From positions 138,738 to 202,737 of IMG/VR virus record IMGVR_UViG_3300034069_002177: a DNA stretch of 64,000 nucleotides, one strand, 5' to 3'. Made by a program: the position numbers and the translations under genes. Origin of the DNA: a virus (lineage: Duplodnaviria > Caudoviricetes). The number at the start of each line of letters is the position of its first letter. Position 1 is the stretch's first letter. This document shows, one piece after another, positions 45,522 through 54,139 of the stretch. The notes below the pieces were generated by a model that searched no databases, was not told the DNA's origin, and saw only the letters and a list, made by a program, of their open reading frames with translations.

Positions 45522-46205
45522 ATGGGTATACTAGACGTTTCTTGGGATAGTTCGGATTCGAATGAAGAAGGACTGTTCCCAATTTTTGACAATATGGAGA
45601 GCCGCGTAAGGGTTCCTAAAACAGTGAAGTCGTTTGACATCACGATGCGACGCGAAGACCGCGATATCGAGGCAGACTACGTGTTCATCGTATGGCTTGC
45701 TCGTAAAAAGGTCGGCGGCGTTTTCAATGATGGAAGTGGTCAAGCTATTTCTCGCGATGAAGGGCATCTCGCTGTCTGTGCAAAACCAGACCTTTTCCCC
45801 ATCATCAATCCCGAGATTGGACCTCTGGATATCGATGACTTCTTTGCAGAGTTACCTTTTGCCGAAGACTATGACGCAGGCGAGGACAATGAGCAGTACC
45901 AACTCGACTATGTGAGTTCGGCTATCAAGATAATCAATGCGAAGAATGCATGCAAGGCATGCCCCCTTCGTGCCAAGTGTCTTGCTGATTCAATTCTTAT
46001 GGGTGATGAAGATCGTGATTTCGGTGCGAATTCAAACGTTCGACCACTTCCTGGTATCTGGGGAGGGCGTGAGTTGAAAGATCGCAAGAGCGTGGCACGT
46101 CGTTTCAAGGCAATTCGAAATGACTATCTCTCGAACGATATGTCAGCCGACAAGCGTCGTATGTACGAGCGCAAGGCATCGCAGTTTATCGATGACCGAC
46201 CTTAA
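45522..46205 (+). CDS. whiB: WhiB-family Fe-S transcriptional regulator with long insertions
   Basis: C...PDLF, AKNACKACPLRAKC (CxxC-x5-C), GIWGG..KDR. Confidence 0.8.
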   Translation: MGILDVSWDSSDSNEEGLFPIFDNMESRVRVPKTVKSFDITMRREDRDIEADYVFIVWLARKKVGGVFNDGSGQAISRDEGHLAVCAKPDLFPIINPEIGPLDIDDFFAELPFAEDYDAGEDNEQYQLDYVSSAIKIINAKNACKACPLRAKCLADSILMGDEDRDFGANSNVRPLPGIWGGRELKDRKSVARRFKAIRNDYLSNDMSADKRRMYERKASQFIDDRP

Positions 46206-46641
46206 GCAGTACATCAAAGATAATGGTGCAAGAGATATTCCTACCTTGGCATATCTAACTGGCATTGATGAGGAAATTCTTGTGGGTGTTTCCGAGGGCA
46301 GACTGAGCCTTGGCGAGATCCATAAGAAAGCCATCAAGAAAGTATTGCCCGAAATGCCTGACTCATTGATGTCCCCTAAGTATCGTGACTTTCCTTCCGA
46401 CATAGAGACCTCTAAGGGTCAGATTCCTGAGGGTACGATGTTGTTGCAAATTCAAGCAGAAGAAGTACAATTGGGAGACATGCTCCTTGCCGCTCACAAA
46501 ACTTCGGTTGCGGGATCGCACTGGGCTGTTGTATCATCCATCAAGCAACAAGGTAAAAACCTCATCATCAGAATCGGAAACGGTATCGATATAGGGGTGA
46601 GCAAGACCAACTTAGTGAAAGTAGCCAGAAAAAGACAATGA
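46192..46641 (+). CDS. XRE-like HTH protein with SH3-like C-domain
   Basis: DIPTLAYLTGIDEEILVGVSEGR resembles an XRE HTH; AEEVQLGDML..WAVVSSI is beta-barrel-like. Overlaps both the whiB stop and the dinG start. Confidence 0.5.
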   Translation: MTDLKQYIKDNGARDIPTLAYLTGIDEEILVGVSEGRLSLGEIHKKAIKKVLPEMPDSLMSPKYRDFPSDIETSKGQIPEGTMLLQIQAEEVQLGDMLLAAHKTSVAGSHWAVVSSIKQQGKNLIIRIGNGIDIGVSKTNLVKVARKRQ

Positions 46642-49031
46642 CCGAACTTACCCCATCAGAATACGCAGAACCCGATTCGGCTGAAAGCGTAGAACCTGAA
46701 ACTGTCAAGCTCCCCCACGATGGGGTAGAGATTCTTGACGCGGTTCTCGCACATCGAGGATGGGATAGACGAGCCGGTCAGGTGCAGGTAGTTGATGCCA
46801 TCAGCGATGCTGTCAATAAAAGCTACCCAGGGTCCGCAGTAGACATCTCGGCTAATGCTCCCGTTGGAACGGGAAAGTCACTTGCCTACATCATTGCTGG
46901 TCTGGCTGCTGGAAAGCGCATGGTCGTTGCTACGAGCACCAAGTCCCTTCAGGACCAACTAATCAAGGAAGAGCTTCCAAAGCTCAAGGAAGACCTCATG
47001 GCTATCTATGGGTTCGACCTTACCTATGGCATGATGAAAGGTAAGAGCAACTACCCTTGCCTTTCTTCTACTCGCGCCATGCTCGGTAACGGAGATAAGA
47101 ACGACTTGGTTCTTTTCGATGAAATCGAAGAGCCTGACAGTCGTGACATCGAGACCTTGAAAGAAATTCTCACTAGGGCAGAGCATGCGCAGGAGACCCG
47201 AGACGTTCTTTCCTTTGACGCCGAAGCACTCATGGGTCGGCTTCGCCCTGATACGCGCAAACAGATTAGCGGAAGTAAGAACTGCGCCATGCAGCGCGAG
47301 AAGTGGATTGATCCGAACAAGATCAAGAACCTCCCGCTTGACATCGAAGAGGGCGCTCGTGTACAGGACTTTCCGCAGGACTTTCTTGACGAGGTAGCGC
47401 AACTTCCCGCTGAGATCGCTTGCACGAGTCGGTGCATCTACCGTGCAGCCTATGGTCATGCACTGGATTCTCAGATTGTTGTGGTTAACACCACATTGCT
47501 GGCATATGAACTCATCAAGACGGATGGCTACATGTCTGAAGAGTCGCTCAATCCTTATCTTCTCAAGGGTATTGATATGCTCGTCGTGGATGAGGCGCAC
47601 CACCTTTTCCGTATCCTTGCCGAAGCATTCTCTGTTGAACTCAATGTCACGAAGTCGATGGACCTCGTTGATGACATTTCTAAGAAACTGAGCAAGCGCT
47701 ACGGTGACGATCCTATGTTCGACCGATTCCGCAACGACTTCATTGACGCCGAGAACCGTATCAACCACGTTATTGACGGTGATGCCGAGACCGAAAATGA
47801 GTTCCGAAAGGATCTTGCCGAGGCATTGGTACATGTTGCTGGTCGGTCAGAAAGCTTCGTGGGAGAACTACAAACTTTCGCTGCCAACTCAGAGCGCCAA
47901 AACAAGTCGGGTCTTGCTCTGGACCGCAACGGGGTGCCGAAAGTGGTCGCTTCGATGGGTACCCAGATTGCTGAGGACATCGTAGCGAACGCTATCAAGC
48001 TGTCCGAGCAGTTGGAAATGGTTGACAGCCAGAAGCGTCACCAGTTCTCACTCAACTTCTCTGATGCTGGTCAGCCTTTGAACGTGAAGACCGTACCTAT
48101 CGACGTTTCATTCTTCCGCAAGATGGTTACCCGTTCGTCCCAAATGCAGAACATTTACACCGGAGATACCGGTCTTCTGTTCCCGGCTACCCTTGTTCTC
48201 AGTTCGGGAACGATCTCCAGGGGAACGCCGATTACTGTCGGTATGAAGACGGATAACTATGTCGATGTCGAGAGCCCTTTTGACGCGAATCGTGTGCGTG
48301 TTTATGTCCCTAAGGGTCTTGGCATGCCTAAGGGTAGAGATGATCGTCAATGGGCTTACAACGCATGGAACCACATCGAGCCGCATATCGTAAAGCTGAA
48401 TGGTCGTACGCTAATCCTCACCACTAGCCACCAAAAATGTGAAGAGTTCACAACGCTCGCACGTGAAGCACTACCCGCTCATATAGAAGTTCTTTCGCAG
48501 AGCGACCGGTTGGGTAAGGGCGAATTGATTGCCAAGTTCAAGGAAAGCCCCAGCGCTGTTCTGGTAGGAACTACTTCGTTCTGGGAAGGTGTTGACATTC
48601 CTGGCGATGATCTCAATCTTGTAGTCATCGAGAAGCTCCCATTCCCCCAGCCTAATGACCCTATTTTCAAGGCTCGCGAAGAGTTTGTGAAGGAGCGGGG
48701 CGGTAACCCATTCATGGAAGTCGGCGTAGACTATGCAGCAACCATGCTTGCACAGGGTACTGGTCGCCTCATTAGAGCCGTCAAAGACATCGGCGGAATC
48801 ATCATCCTTGATGACCGCGTTCTAACCACTCGTTACGCTGGTGCTGTTGTGAACCTTCTTCCTAAGGGCTGGAAGGTGACTACCGAGCGCGAAGCATTTG
48901 GGAAGTGGATGAGTGCAATCAATCCTGAGACTCGAAAAGAGCCGTTCGTTCCCTCTGCTGCTGACCCATCGATTTGGCGCAACATCGGCGGAAATAATCA
49001 GGGTAAGCGACGTAGCATCTCGCCACACTAG
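46638..49031 (+). CDS. dinG: DinG/YoaA-family Fe-S helicase
   Basis: RRAGQ, APVGTGKSLAY, KGKSNYPC, four Cys for Fe-S, DEAHH, SGT, SFWEGVD, IEKLPF, QGTGRLIR. Confidence 0.9.
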   Translation: MTELTPSEYAEPDSAESVEPETVKLPHDGVEILDAVLAHRGWDRRAGQVQVVDAISDAVNKSYPGSAVDISANAPVGTGKSLAYIIAGLAAGKRMVVATSTKSLQDQLIKEELPKLKEDLMAIYGFDLTYGMMKGKSNYPCLSSTRAMLGNGDKNDLVLFDEIEEPDSRDIETLKEILTRAEHAQETRDVLSFDAEALMGRLRPDTRKQISGSKNCAMQREKWIDPNKIKNLPLDIEEGARVQDFPQDFLDEVAQLPAEIACTSRCIYRAAYGHALDSQIVVVNTTLLAYELIKTDGYMSEESLNPYLLKGIDMLVVDEAHHLFRILAEAFSVELNVTKSMDLVDDISKKLSKRYGDDPMFDRFRNDFIDAENRINHVIDGDAETENEFRKDLAEALVHVAGRSESFVGELQTFAANSERQNKSGLALDRNGVPKVVASMGTQIAEDIVANAIKLSEQLEMVDSQKRHQFSLNFSDAGQPLNVKTVPIDVSFFRKMVTRSSQMQNIYTGDTGLLFPATLVLSSGTISRGTPITVGMKTDNYVDVESPFDANRVRVYVPKGLGMPKGRDDRQWAYNAWNHIEPHIVKLNGRTLILTTSHQKCEEFTTLAREALPAHIEVLSQSDRLGKGELIAKFKESPSAVLVGTTSFWEGVDIPGDDLNLVVIEKLPFPQPNDPIFKAREEFVKERGGNPFMEVGVDYAATMLAQGTGRLIRAVKDIGGIIILDDRVLTTRYAGAVVNLLPKGWKVTTEREAFGKWMSAINPETRKEPFVPSAADPSIWRNIGGNNQGKRRSISPH

Positions 49032-49055
49032 CCTAAACTCACTGTCTTGTCTAAG

Positions 49056-49077
49056 TGTCGGTTCGTACTGATATGAT
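49056..49077 (+). promoter_or_regulatory. PafBC/RecA-NDp-type DNA-damage promoter motif
   Basis: TGTCGG(49056-49061)-N10-TATGAT(49072-49077), an exact consensus match, 32 bp before the next start. Confidence 0.65.
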
Positions 49078-49109
49078 ATGGATTACAAGGCAAATAGTTG
49101 GAGGTTGTC

Positions 49110-50243
49110 GTGGGAGTAGGTTCCGCCAAGTGCAAAAAAGATTCGTGTGCTCGTAGCACAACGGGTCTCTATTGCTGGCAGCACTGGTACCTCAATTACG
49201 CAGATACGGAAGAAAGTGCCCGTTCTGGTCGCCTCGAACGTCTCGCTCAGCAGCGGCATGACAAGGGTTCGCAATCTGATTCAACCGAATTCAAAGAGAC
49301 TCCTTTTTCTGGTGACACCACTCCAACTCAGATTTGGTCAGACACCAAAAAGGTGTTCATGGACATCCAAGATCAAATTGAACCGGAAGGTATCCGCAAC
49401 CAAGTCAGATCGTACGCCGAGGGTATCGCCACTACGGCTTCGCTTCGTTTTGCAAAGGATGAAAGACTCGAAGTAGACACTGATTTGCGAGACCGTCACA
49501 TCGAAGGATTCACTTCTGAAATTGTTGAAGGTCTTGTTCCTACCGGCGAGCTTGTAGCTCAGGAAGACGCTGAGTTCATTAGCGGCTCGGTTCCGGCTGA
49601 CGGGCTAGGTGGTTTTGCCGACTACGACGACGCTCGCGCGATCATTTCCTACGGTATTCGTAAAGAGTGGGAACTAGCTAATGCAGAACGCATCAAAGAA
49701 TCTGCTGATGAAATTCCCTATGACATTCCTTACGACAAGTTTCTTTCTGTCGTCTACAACAACGACATTGCGCCCCACCTCGTCGTAGCGACTCGTCGAG
49801 AAGCGAGCGACTTCCATAACAACGTCGTCATCGCTACAGGCAGCAAGGCGGCTAACCCAGCAGGAGTAAATCCCGTGGGTGCATTGCCGTCCCGTGCTGA
49901 GTCTGAACCGCTACACTCAGCCTACTTCGATGAAGCACGTGAATGGGTTGCTCAGAATCAAGCTGACCGCGATGCGCAAGCCAAGGCGCAAGCGGAAGCA
50001 GAAGCTATTGAAGCGGAACGCATCCAAGCACGCCAGGATGCCGTTGCCGGGGTACTCAATGGTGCGACTAACACAGTCAAGGGCGCGGTCAATCTCATTG
50101 GTACCACCACTGATGTCATGAACAAACTTTTCAAGACTCGACCCGAAGACACTCAAGCTCTTATCGAACGCAGAAACAAGCAAAATAGAGACATCTTCTT
50201 TGATATGGCTACCCGCCGATACCGCGACCGCAGAGGTCTTTGA
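49110..50243 (+). CDS. Hypothetical protein with N-terminal CCCH zinc knuckle
   Basis: GGAGG at 49100-49104 favours GTG 49110. C-x4-C-x8-C-x2-H (CKKDSCARSTTGLYCWQH). Confidence 0.8.
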   Translation: MGVGSAKCKKDSCARSTTGLYCWQHWYLNYADTEESARSGRLERLAQQRHDKGSQSDSTEFKETPFSGDTTPTQIWSDTKKVFMDIQDQIEPEGIRNQVRSYAEGIATTASLRFAKDERLEVDTDLRDRHIEGFTSEIVEGLVPTGELVAQEDAEFISGSVPADGLGGFADYDDARAIISYGIRKEWELANAERIKESADEIPYDIPYDKFLSVVYNNDIAPHLVVATRREASDFHNNVVIATGSKAANPAGVNPVGALPSRAESEPLHSAYFDEAREWVAQNQADRDAQAKAQAEAEAIEAERIQARQDAVAGVLNGATNTVKGAVNLIGTTTDVMNKLFKTRPEDTQALIERRNKQNRDIFFDMATRRYRDRRGL

Positions 50244-50283
50244 CGCCGATTTCAAAGTCGCTCAAAATCTTTCTGTTTGCCTC

Positions 50284-50311
50284 TTGCGTCCGGTTCGATT
50301 TGTGCTATCGT
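50284..50311 (+). promoter_or_regulatory. ssb promoter
   Basis: TTGCGT-16 bp-TATCGT with extended -10 (TGC). Confidence 0.55.
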
Positions 50312-50385
50312 TACCTCACCAATCGGGGCTGACATTCCGCTTGGTGTGACAATTTACCGGATTTAACGAAAAGAAAAGAGAAGAC

Positions 50386-51027
50386 ATGTCACAGGCAGCA
50401 TTCCCAGCAGGAACCATCATCGCAGAGGGTACGCTCTACGCAGACCCCAAGAAGATCAACCGCGACGGCAAGAACGCCACCGTCTCACTGAAGACGAAGC
50501 TGAACTACCGTGAGCAGGAAGGCGACGAACTCGACGCCTTCTTCATCGACATTATCGTGACTGGCAGCACCGCTGAGAACATCTTGGAGTCAGGCTGGAA
50601 GAAGTATGACCGTATTTCCTTCGTTGGCGACTTCAAGGGTCACCGTTGGGAGCGTAAGCTCGATGATGGTATCAATGAAGAGCAGACCATCACGGTCTTC
50701 GCTCGCCAGATCGGTGCATCACCTCGCTTCACCGGAGTTTCGGTAGAGGCTCAGGAGTACAACGGTAATGGCGGCGGCGATGACGACTCGCGTTCTAGCG
50801 GTGGCAGCAGTAGCAGCCGTCGTTCTACTCGCGGTGGCGATGACGAAGAGGCACCTCGTTCCTCGCGTCGTTCGTCTCGCGGAGGCGATGACGATGCACC
50901 CGCAGAAGAGTCGCGTTCTTCGCGTCGCTCATCTCGCGGTAACAGCGATGACACGGCTGATGAGCAGCCTAGCGCTCGTCGTTCCTCGCGTCGTGCTCGT
51001 GACACCACCTATGGTGATGACGACTAA
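50386..51027 (+). CDS. ssb: Single-stranded DNA-binding protein with an atypical repetitive tail
   Basis: OB-fold pattern (IAEGTLYADP..FFIDIIV..AENI..KYDRISFVGDF..IGASPRF) with a disordered C-tail. Confidence 0.85.
   Translation: MSQAAFPAGTIIAEGTLYADPKKINRDGKNATVSLKTKLNYREQEGDELDAFFIDIIVTGSTAENILESGWKKYDRISFVGDFKGHRWERKLDDGINEEQTITVFARQIGASPRFTGVSVEAQEYNGNGGGDDDSRSSGGSSSSRRSTRGGDDEEAPRSSRRSSRGGDDDAPAEESRSSRRSSRGNSDDTADEQPSARRSSRRARDTTYGDDD
50812..51003 (+). repeat. Four imperfect tandem repeats coding alternating RSSRRSSRG and acidic blocks in SSB
   Basis: SSRRSTRGGDDEEAP / RSSRRSSRGGDDDAPAEES / RSSRRSSRGNSDDTADEQP / SARRSSRRARD; DNA unit about CGTTCCTCGCGTCGTTCGTCTCGCGG. Confidence 0.85.
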
Positions 51028-51042
51028 GCACACCTGAAAAGC

Positions 51043-51079
51043 CGGAACCCCCTCGTGTTGTACTTACGAGGGGGTTCCG
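51043..51079 (+). terminator. Terminator-like hairpin after ssb
   Basis: CGGAACCCCCTCGT-9 nt-ACGAGGGGGTTCCG, a perfect 14-bp stem. Confidence 0.75.
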
Positions 51080-51090
51080 TCGTTACGCTA

Positions 51091-51119
51091 TTGATTTTTC
51101 ACCCGAAGCACCCTACAAT
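51091..51119 (+). promoter_or_regulatory. sbcC promoter (near-leaderless transcript)
   Basis: TTGATT-17 bp-TACAAT. The ATG is only 9 nt after the -10 and there is no SD sequence. Confidence 0.55.
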
Positions 51120-51128
51120 GGACCAACC

Positions 51129-53408
51129 ATGACGAAATTCCTAACGCTAAAGCTAACCAACTTCCTTAGCTACAAAACCCTCGATATCAACCTCGACGAC
51201 ATCGCATATGCTTCCGTCGTGGGTGAAAACGGTTCGGGTAAATCCACTATTCCTCAGGGAATCGCATGGCTTCTCTACGGTGCTAGTAGATTCGGCAACA
51301 ACAAAGATTCCGTTGTGAACGATTCTGCGAAGACCGCGTCGGGCATTCTTACGCTTCTGGACAAGGATGGTCAGAAGTGGAAAATCGAACGTAGCTGGAC
51401 GACCGGAAAAGGCGGCGGTGGCGGACTTGCGTTATTCTACGAGGACACGACAGAAGATGACCCGTGGCAGCAGTTCGGCGGTAAGCTGAAGGAAAGTGCT
51501 CAGACACAAATAAACCTCATTATTGGTCTGACACGCGATGCGTTTTACTCGCTTGTCATCATGGATCAAAGCAAATATCCCGGTGGCACCGCATTCACCG
51601 CGAGTGAGTCCAACAAGCGACGAGAAATTCTCACTGGTCTTGTTCCCGAATTAGCAATTTGGAAAGACCTCGAAATGGCTACTCGGGCGAATCTACGCGA
51701 GGCGAACAAAGACTACGATGCTGATCAAGCGAAAATCGATCAGAACATCGAGCAGGTTAGAAAGTCACAAGAACGCGAAAGCTCAATCAAAATCATCCTT
51801 GAAGAGCTTGACGCTGACTCAATTACCGCCGAGCAAAAAGCGGCTGAGAAGAAAGTCTCAGAACTGAATCGGGCTATCGGTGCTGCAAGTGCTGGCGAGG
51901 TGGGCGCTATCCAGTCAAAGATTGATTCGGCAGAAGCTCAGCACCGCCTCGCTCTTAATGAGTTGAACTCCAAGGCTGACAAAATCGATAACCAGCTTGC
52001 CGATAGCTCAGACTTCAGCAAGAGAATCAGTGCGCTCAAATCTAAGAAGTCGGCATTCGAGGAAACTATCGCGGATATCATCGCGGGTGAAGACGACCTC
52101 GTATCTTCAATTAACGAGACCAAGAGCATCATCTCTGAAGAGATCGAAGTAGTGGACCGCATTGCACCTAAAATCGAGTCGGTCAACCGGAGAATCACCG
52201 AAGCGCGTAGTAAAAAGCGTGATATTGACGAACAGCTTGATGCGCTCGGTGACGCTCATGGGGATGGTGTTTGCTGGGTTTGTGGTACGGAACTTTCGGA
52301 AGAGAAGCACGCCAACATCGTTACCAAAGCTGTAAAAGAAAGAGACGAAGCGAACGAAACCATTGAAGAACTTTCCGAAGAACTAGATATTCTCAAGCGG
52401 AAGCTTAGCGACGCCAACAAGGAAATCCAGTCACAAAACGCGGCGCTCGTCAGGCAGAATAATGAGGCGGCGCAGAACGAAAGAGACAAGAAAAACGCGG
52501 CTGTTGATATCGAATCAACCGAAGATGAAATCGATGAGCTAACCGCGAAGATCCTATCCGAAGCGGAAGAAAAGAAGCTTGATGCTGAACTCAAAGCAAT
52601 CGATAAGGACATCGCCAAGCGTGAAAATGAGTTCGAGAAAGTCACCCTCAAGGTTCTTCGTGAGCAGTTGAATTCTGTCAAAAACGACAACAACACCGAT
52701 GAATTGCGCCGTCAACTTGACGCGGTAGAAGATGTCTTGGAAGAGATTCGTTTTCGCAAAACTAAGCTAGAGCGCAACCTTTCTTCGCTGGAAGAGGCAG
52801 AGCGGAACACTGCTGAACTCAACAAGCAGAACAAGCGAATGAACCGCGAAGCGTTAGAGAAAAAGCAGCATATCGACCGTCTCTCCAAGCTTGTACATGC
52901 CACAAGCCCGAAGGGCATTCCGTCGATTCTTCTCGATTCAATTCTGGCTGCAATCGAAGATGAGCAGAACAGAATTCTTTCGTCGCTTTCTGGAAGCAAT
53001 CAGATGACTGTCGAGTTCACACAAGAACGTGAAAATAAGGGCGAAGGTAGCAAGGAAGTTCTCGACATCATTGTTCACACGTCGGACGGAACAAGCAGGC
53101 TATACGAATCTTTCTCGTTCGGTGAGAGGGTGCGTCTTTCTATCAGTAACCTGTTCGCCATGATCAAGGTTTTCAATGAGCGCAGTGGTGGAGTGGTCAG
53201 CACATTGTTCCTTGATGAGCCACTTGGACCGTTGGACAAGAACAAGATTCCTGCGTTCATCGACATTCTTCGGGTTGCTATGAACGAGGGACTTGTTGAT
53301 TCCATTTTCGTCATCACTCACGACGACCGAGTGATCGAAGCGCTCCCTCAGCAAGTCCTAGTGACTATCGACCCTGAAACAAAGACATCTAGCTTGGAGG
53401 TAAGCTAA
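51129..53408 (+). CDS. sbcC: SbcC/Rad50-family SMC ATPase
   Basis: Walker A GENGSGKS, Q-loop IMDQ, coiled coils with zinc hook CWVC, signature FSFGE, Walker B LFLDEPLGPLD, H-loop VITH. Confidence 0.9.
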   Translation: MTKFLTLKLTNFLSYKTLDINLDDIAYASVVGENGSGKSTIPQGIAWLLYGASRFGNNKDSVVNDSAKTASGILTLLDKDGQKWKIERSWTTGKGGGGGLALFYEDTTEDDPWQQFGGKLKESAQTQINLIIGLTRDAFYSLVIMDQSKYPGGTAFTASESNKRREILTGLVPELAIWKDLEMATRANLREANKDYDADQAKIDQNIEQVRKSQERESSIKIILEELDADSITAEQKAAEKKVSELNRAIGAASAGEVGAIQSKIDSAEAQHRLALNELNSKADKIDNQLADSSDFSKRISALKSKKSAFEETIADIIAGEDDLVSSINETKSIISEEIEVVDRIAPKIESVNRRITEARSKKRDIDEQLDALGDAHGDGVCWVCGTELSEEKHANIVTKAVKERDEANETIEELSEELDILKRKLSDANKEIQSQNAALVRQNNEAAQNERDKKNAAVDIESTEDEIDELTAKILSEAEEKKLDAELKAIDKDIAKRENEFEKVTLKVLREQLNSVKNDNNTDELRRQLDAVEDVLEEIRFRKTKLERNLSSLEEAERNTAELNKQNKRMNREALEKKQHIDRLSKLVHATSPKGIPSILLDSILAAIEDEQNRILSSLSGSNQMTVEFTQERENKGEGSKEVLDIIVHTSDGTSRLYESFSFGERVRLSISNLFAMIKVFNERSGGVVSTLFLDEPLGPLDKNKIPAFIDILRVAMNEGLVDSIFVITHDDRVIEALPQQVLVTIDPETKTSSLEVS

Positions 53409-54073
53409 TGGTCCGGTCACATCGAGAAGCCGCCTTATTCGGCACAGAAGTTTCCACCCCCGTTCAAGAAAGCAAAATTTCCGAAGCACAGCCTTCGGCT
53501 AGAACCTCGGCGCGTAAGGCTGCGGCATCTTCTGTTTCTCCCGCTACAGAGTTCCCGGTTTCTGAACTAACAGATGAGCAGATTCATAGCCTAATGAACT
53601 CATTGCAAGTCGAACTTCATGAACGAGCTATGGCTTCTGACGACCCGGAAGTTCTTGGCTTGGAATTGCTTGGTGAACTCAATGGTGGTGACGTGGATAA
53701 GCCCCAGATTTTCGCGGGTAAGTTTGTTGGCTTGGGAGGCATCATCAAGTACAACCCTGCCGCCACGAAACATACTTGTGTCCTCTACAGTATCAACATG
53801 CCTGGAGTAGATCCGTTCTGGGCATGGGAAGATCACGGAACGCTTGCTTACTCACAGTCAGCGCGCATTTCTGAGATGCGCCATTCGGTCGCTGTGCACG
53901 TTGCAGTGAGCGGAATGCAGTTTATTCGCCACACCATGAAACACGACGGAGAGCGCCACACAAGGCTCTCTGAGGATGCCTGGGATTGCATCTGGGCTGA
54001 CAACGGCGAAGGGCAACTGCAAATCGTCAAGTCAAAATCCAAGCCGAGAAACCTGCCGGTACCAAATCACTAA
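53408..54073 (+). CDS. Hypothetical protein
   Basis: TAATG overlap with sbcC; 221 aa; no family recognised. Confidence 0.7.
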   Translation: MVRSHREAALFGTEVSTPVQESKISEAQPSARTSARKAAASSVSPATEFPVSELTDEQIHSLMNSLQVELHERAMASDDPEVLGLELLGELNGGDVDKPQIFAGKFVGLGGIIKYNPAATKHTCVLYSINMPGVDPFWAWEDHGTLAYSQSARISEMRHSVAVHVAVSGMQFIRHTMKHDGERHTRLSEDAWDCIWADNGEGQLQIVKSKSKPRNLPVPNH

Positions 54074-54078
54074 ACCCA

Positions 54079-54107
54079 TTGCGGCAACCAAAATCGTTTG
54101 CTACAGT
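54079..54107 (+). promoter_or_regulatory. dnaN promoter
   Basis: TTGCGG-17 bp-TACAGT with extended -10 (TGC); same -35 as ligA. Confidence 0.6.
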
Positions 54108-54139
54108 ACCTACACCTAAGAAGGATAAAGAGAACAAGA

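Noticed and set aside
46959-47834. Long antisense or alternate-frame ORFs (e.g. 46959-47834, 16920-17690, 18408-19091, 25475-26158, 11764-12396)
   Set aside because: They are fully nested opposite or within well-supported genes, show no motifs or RBS, and are explained by codon bias and low-complexity sequence.
50285-50345. GGTTCGA T-loop-like sequence suggesting a tRNA
   Set aside because: No T-stem pairing or cloverleaf; it lies in the ssb promoter spacer.
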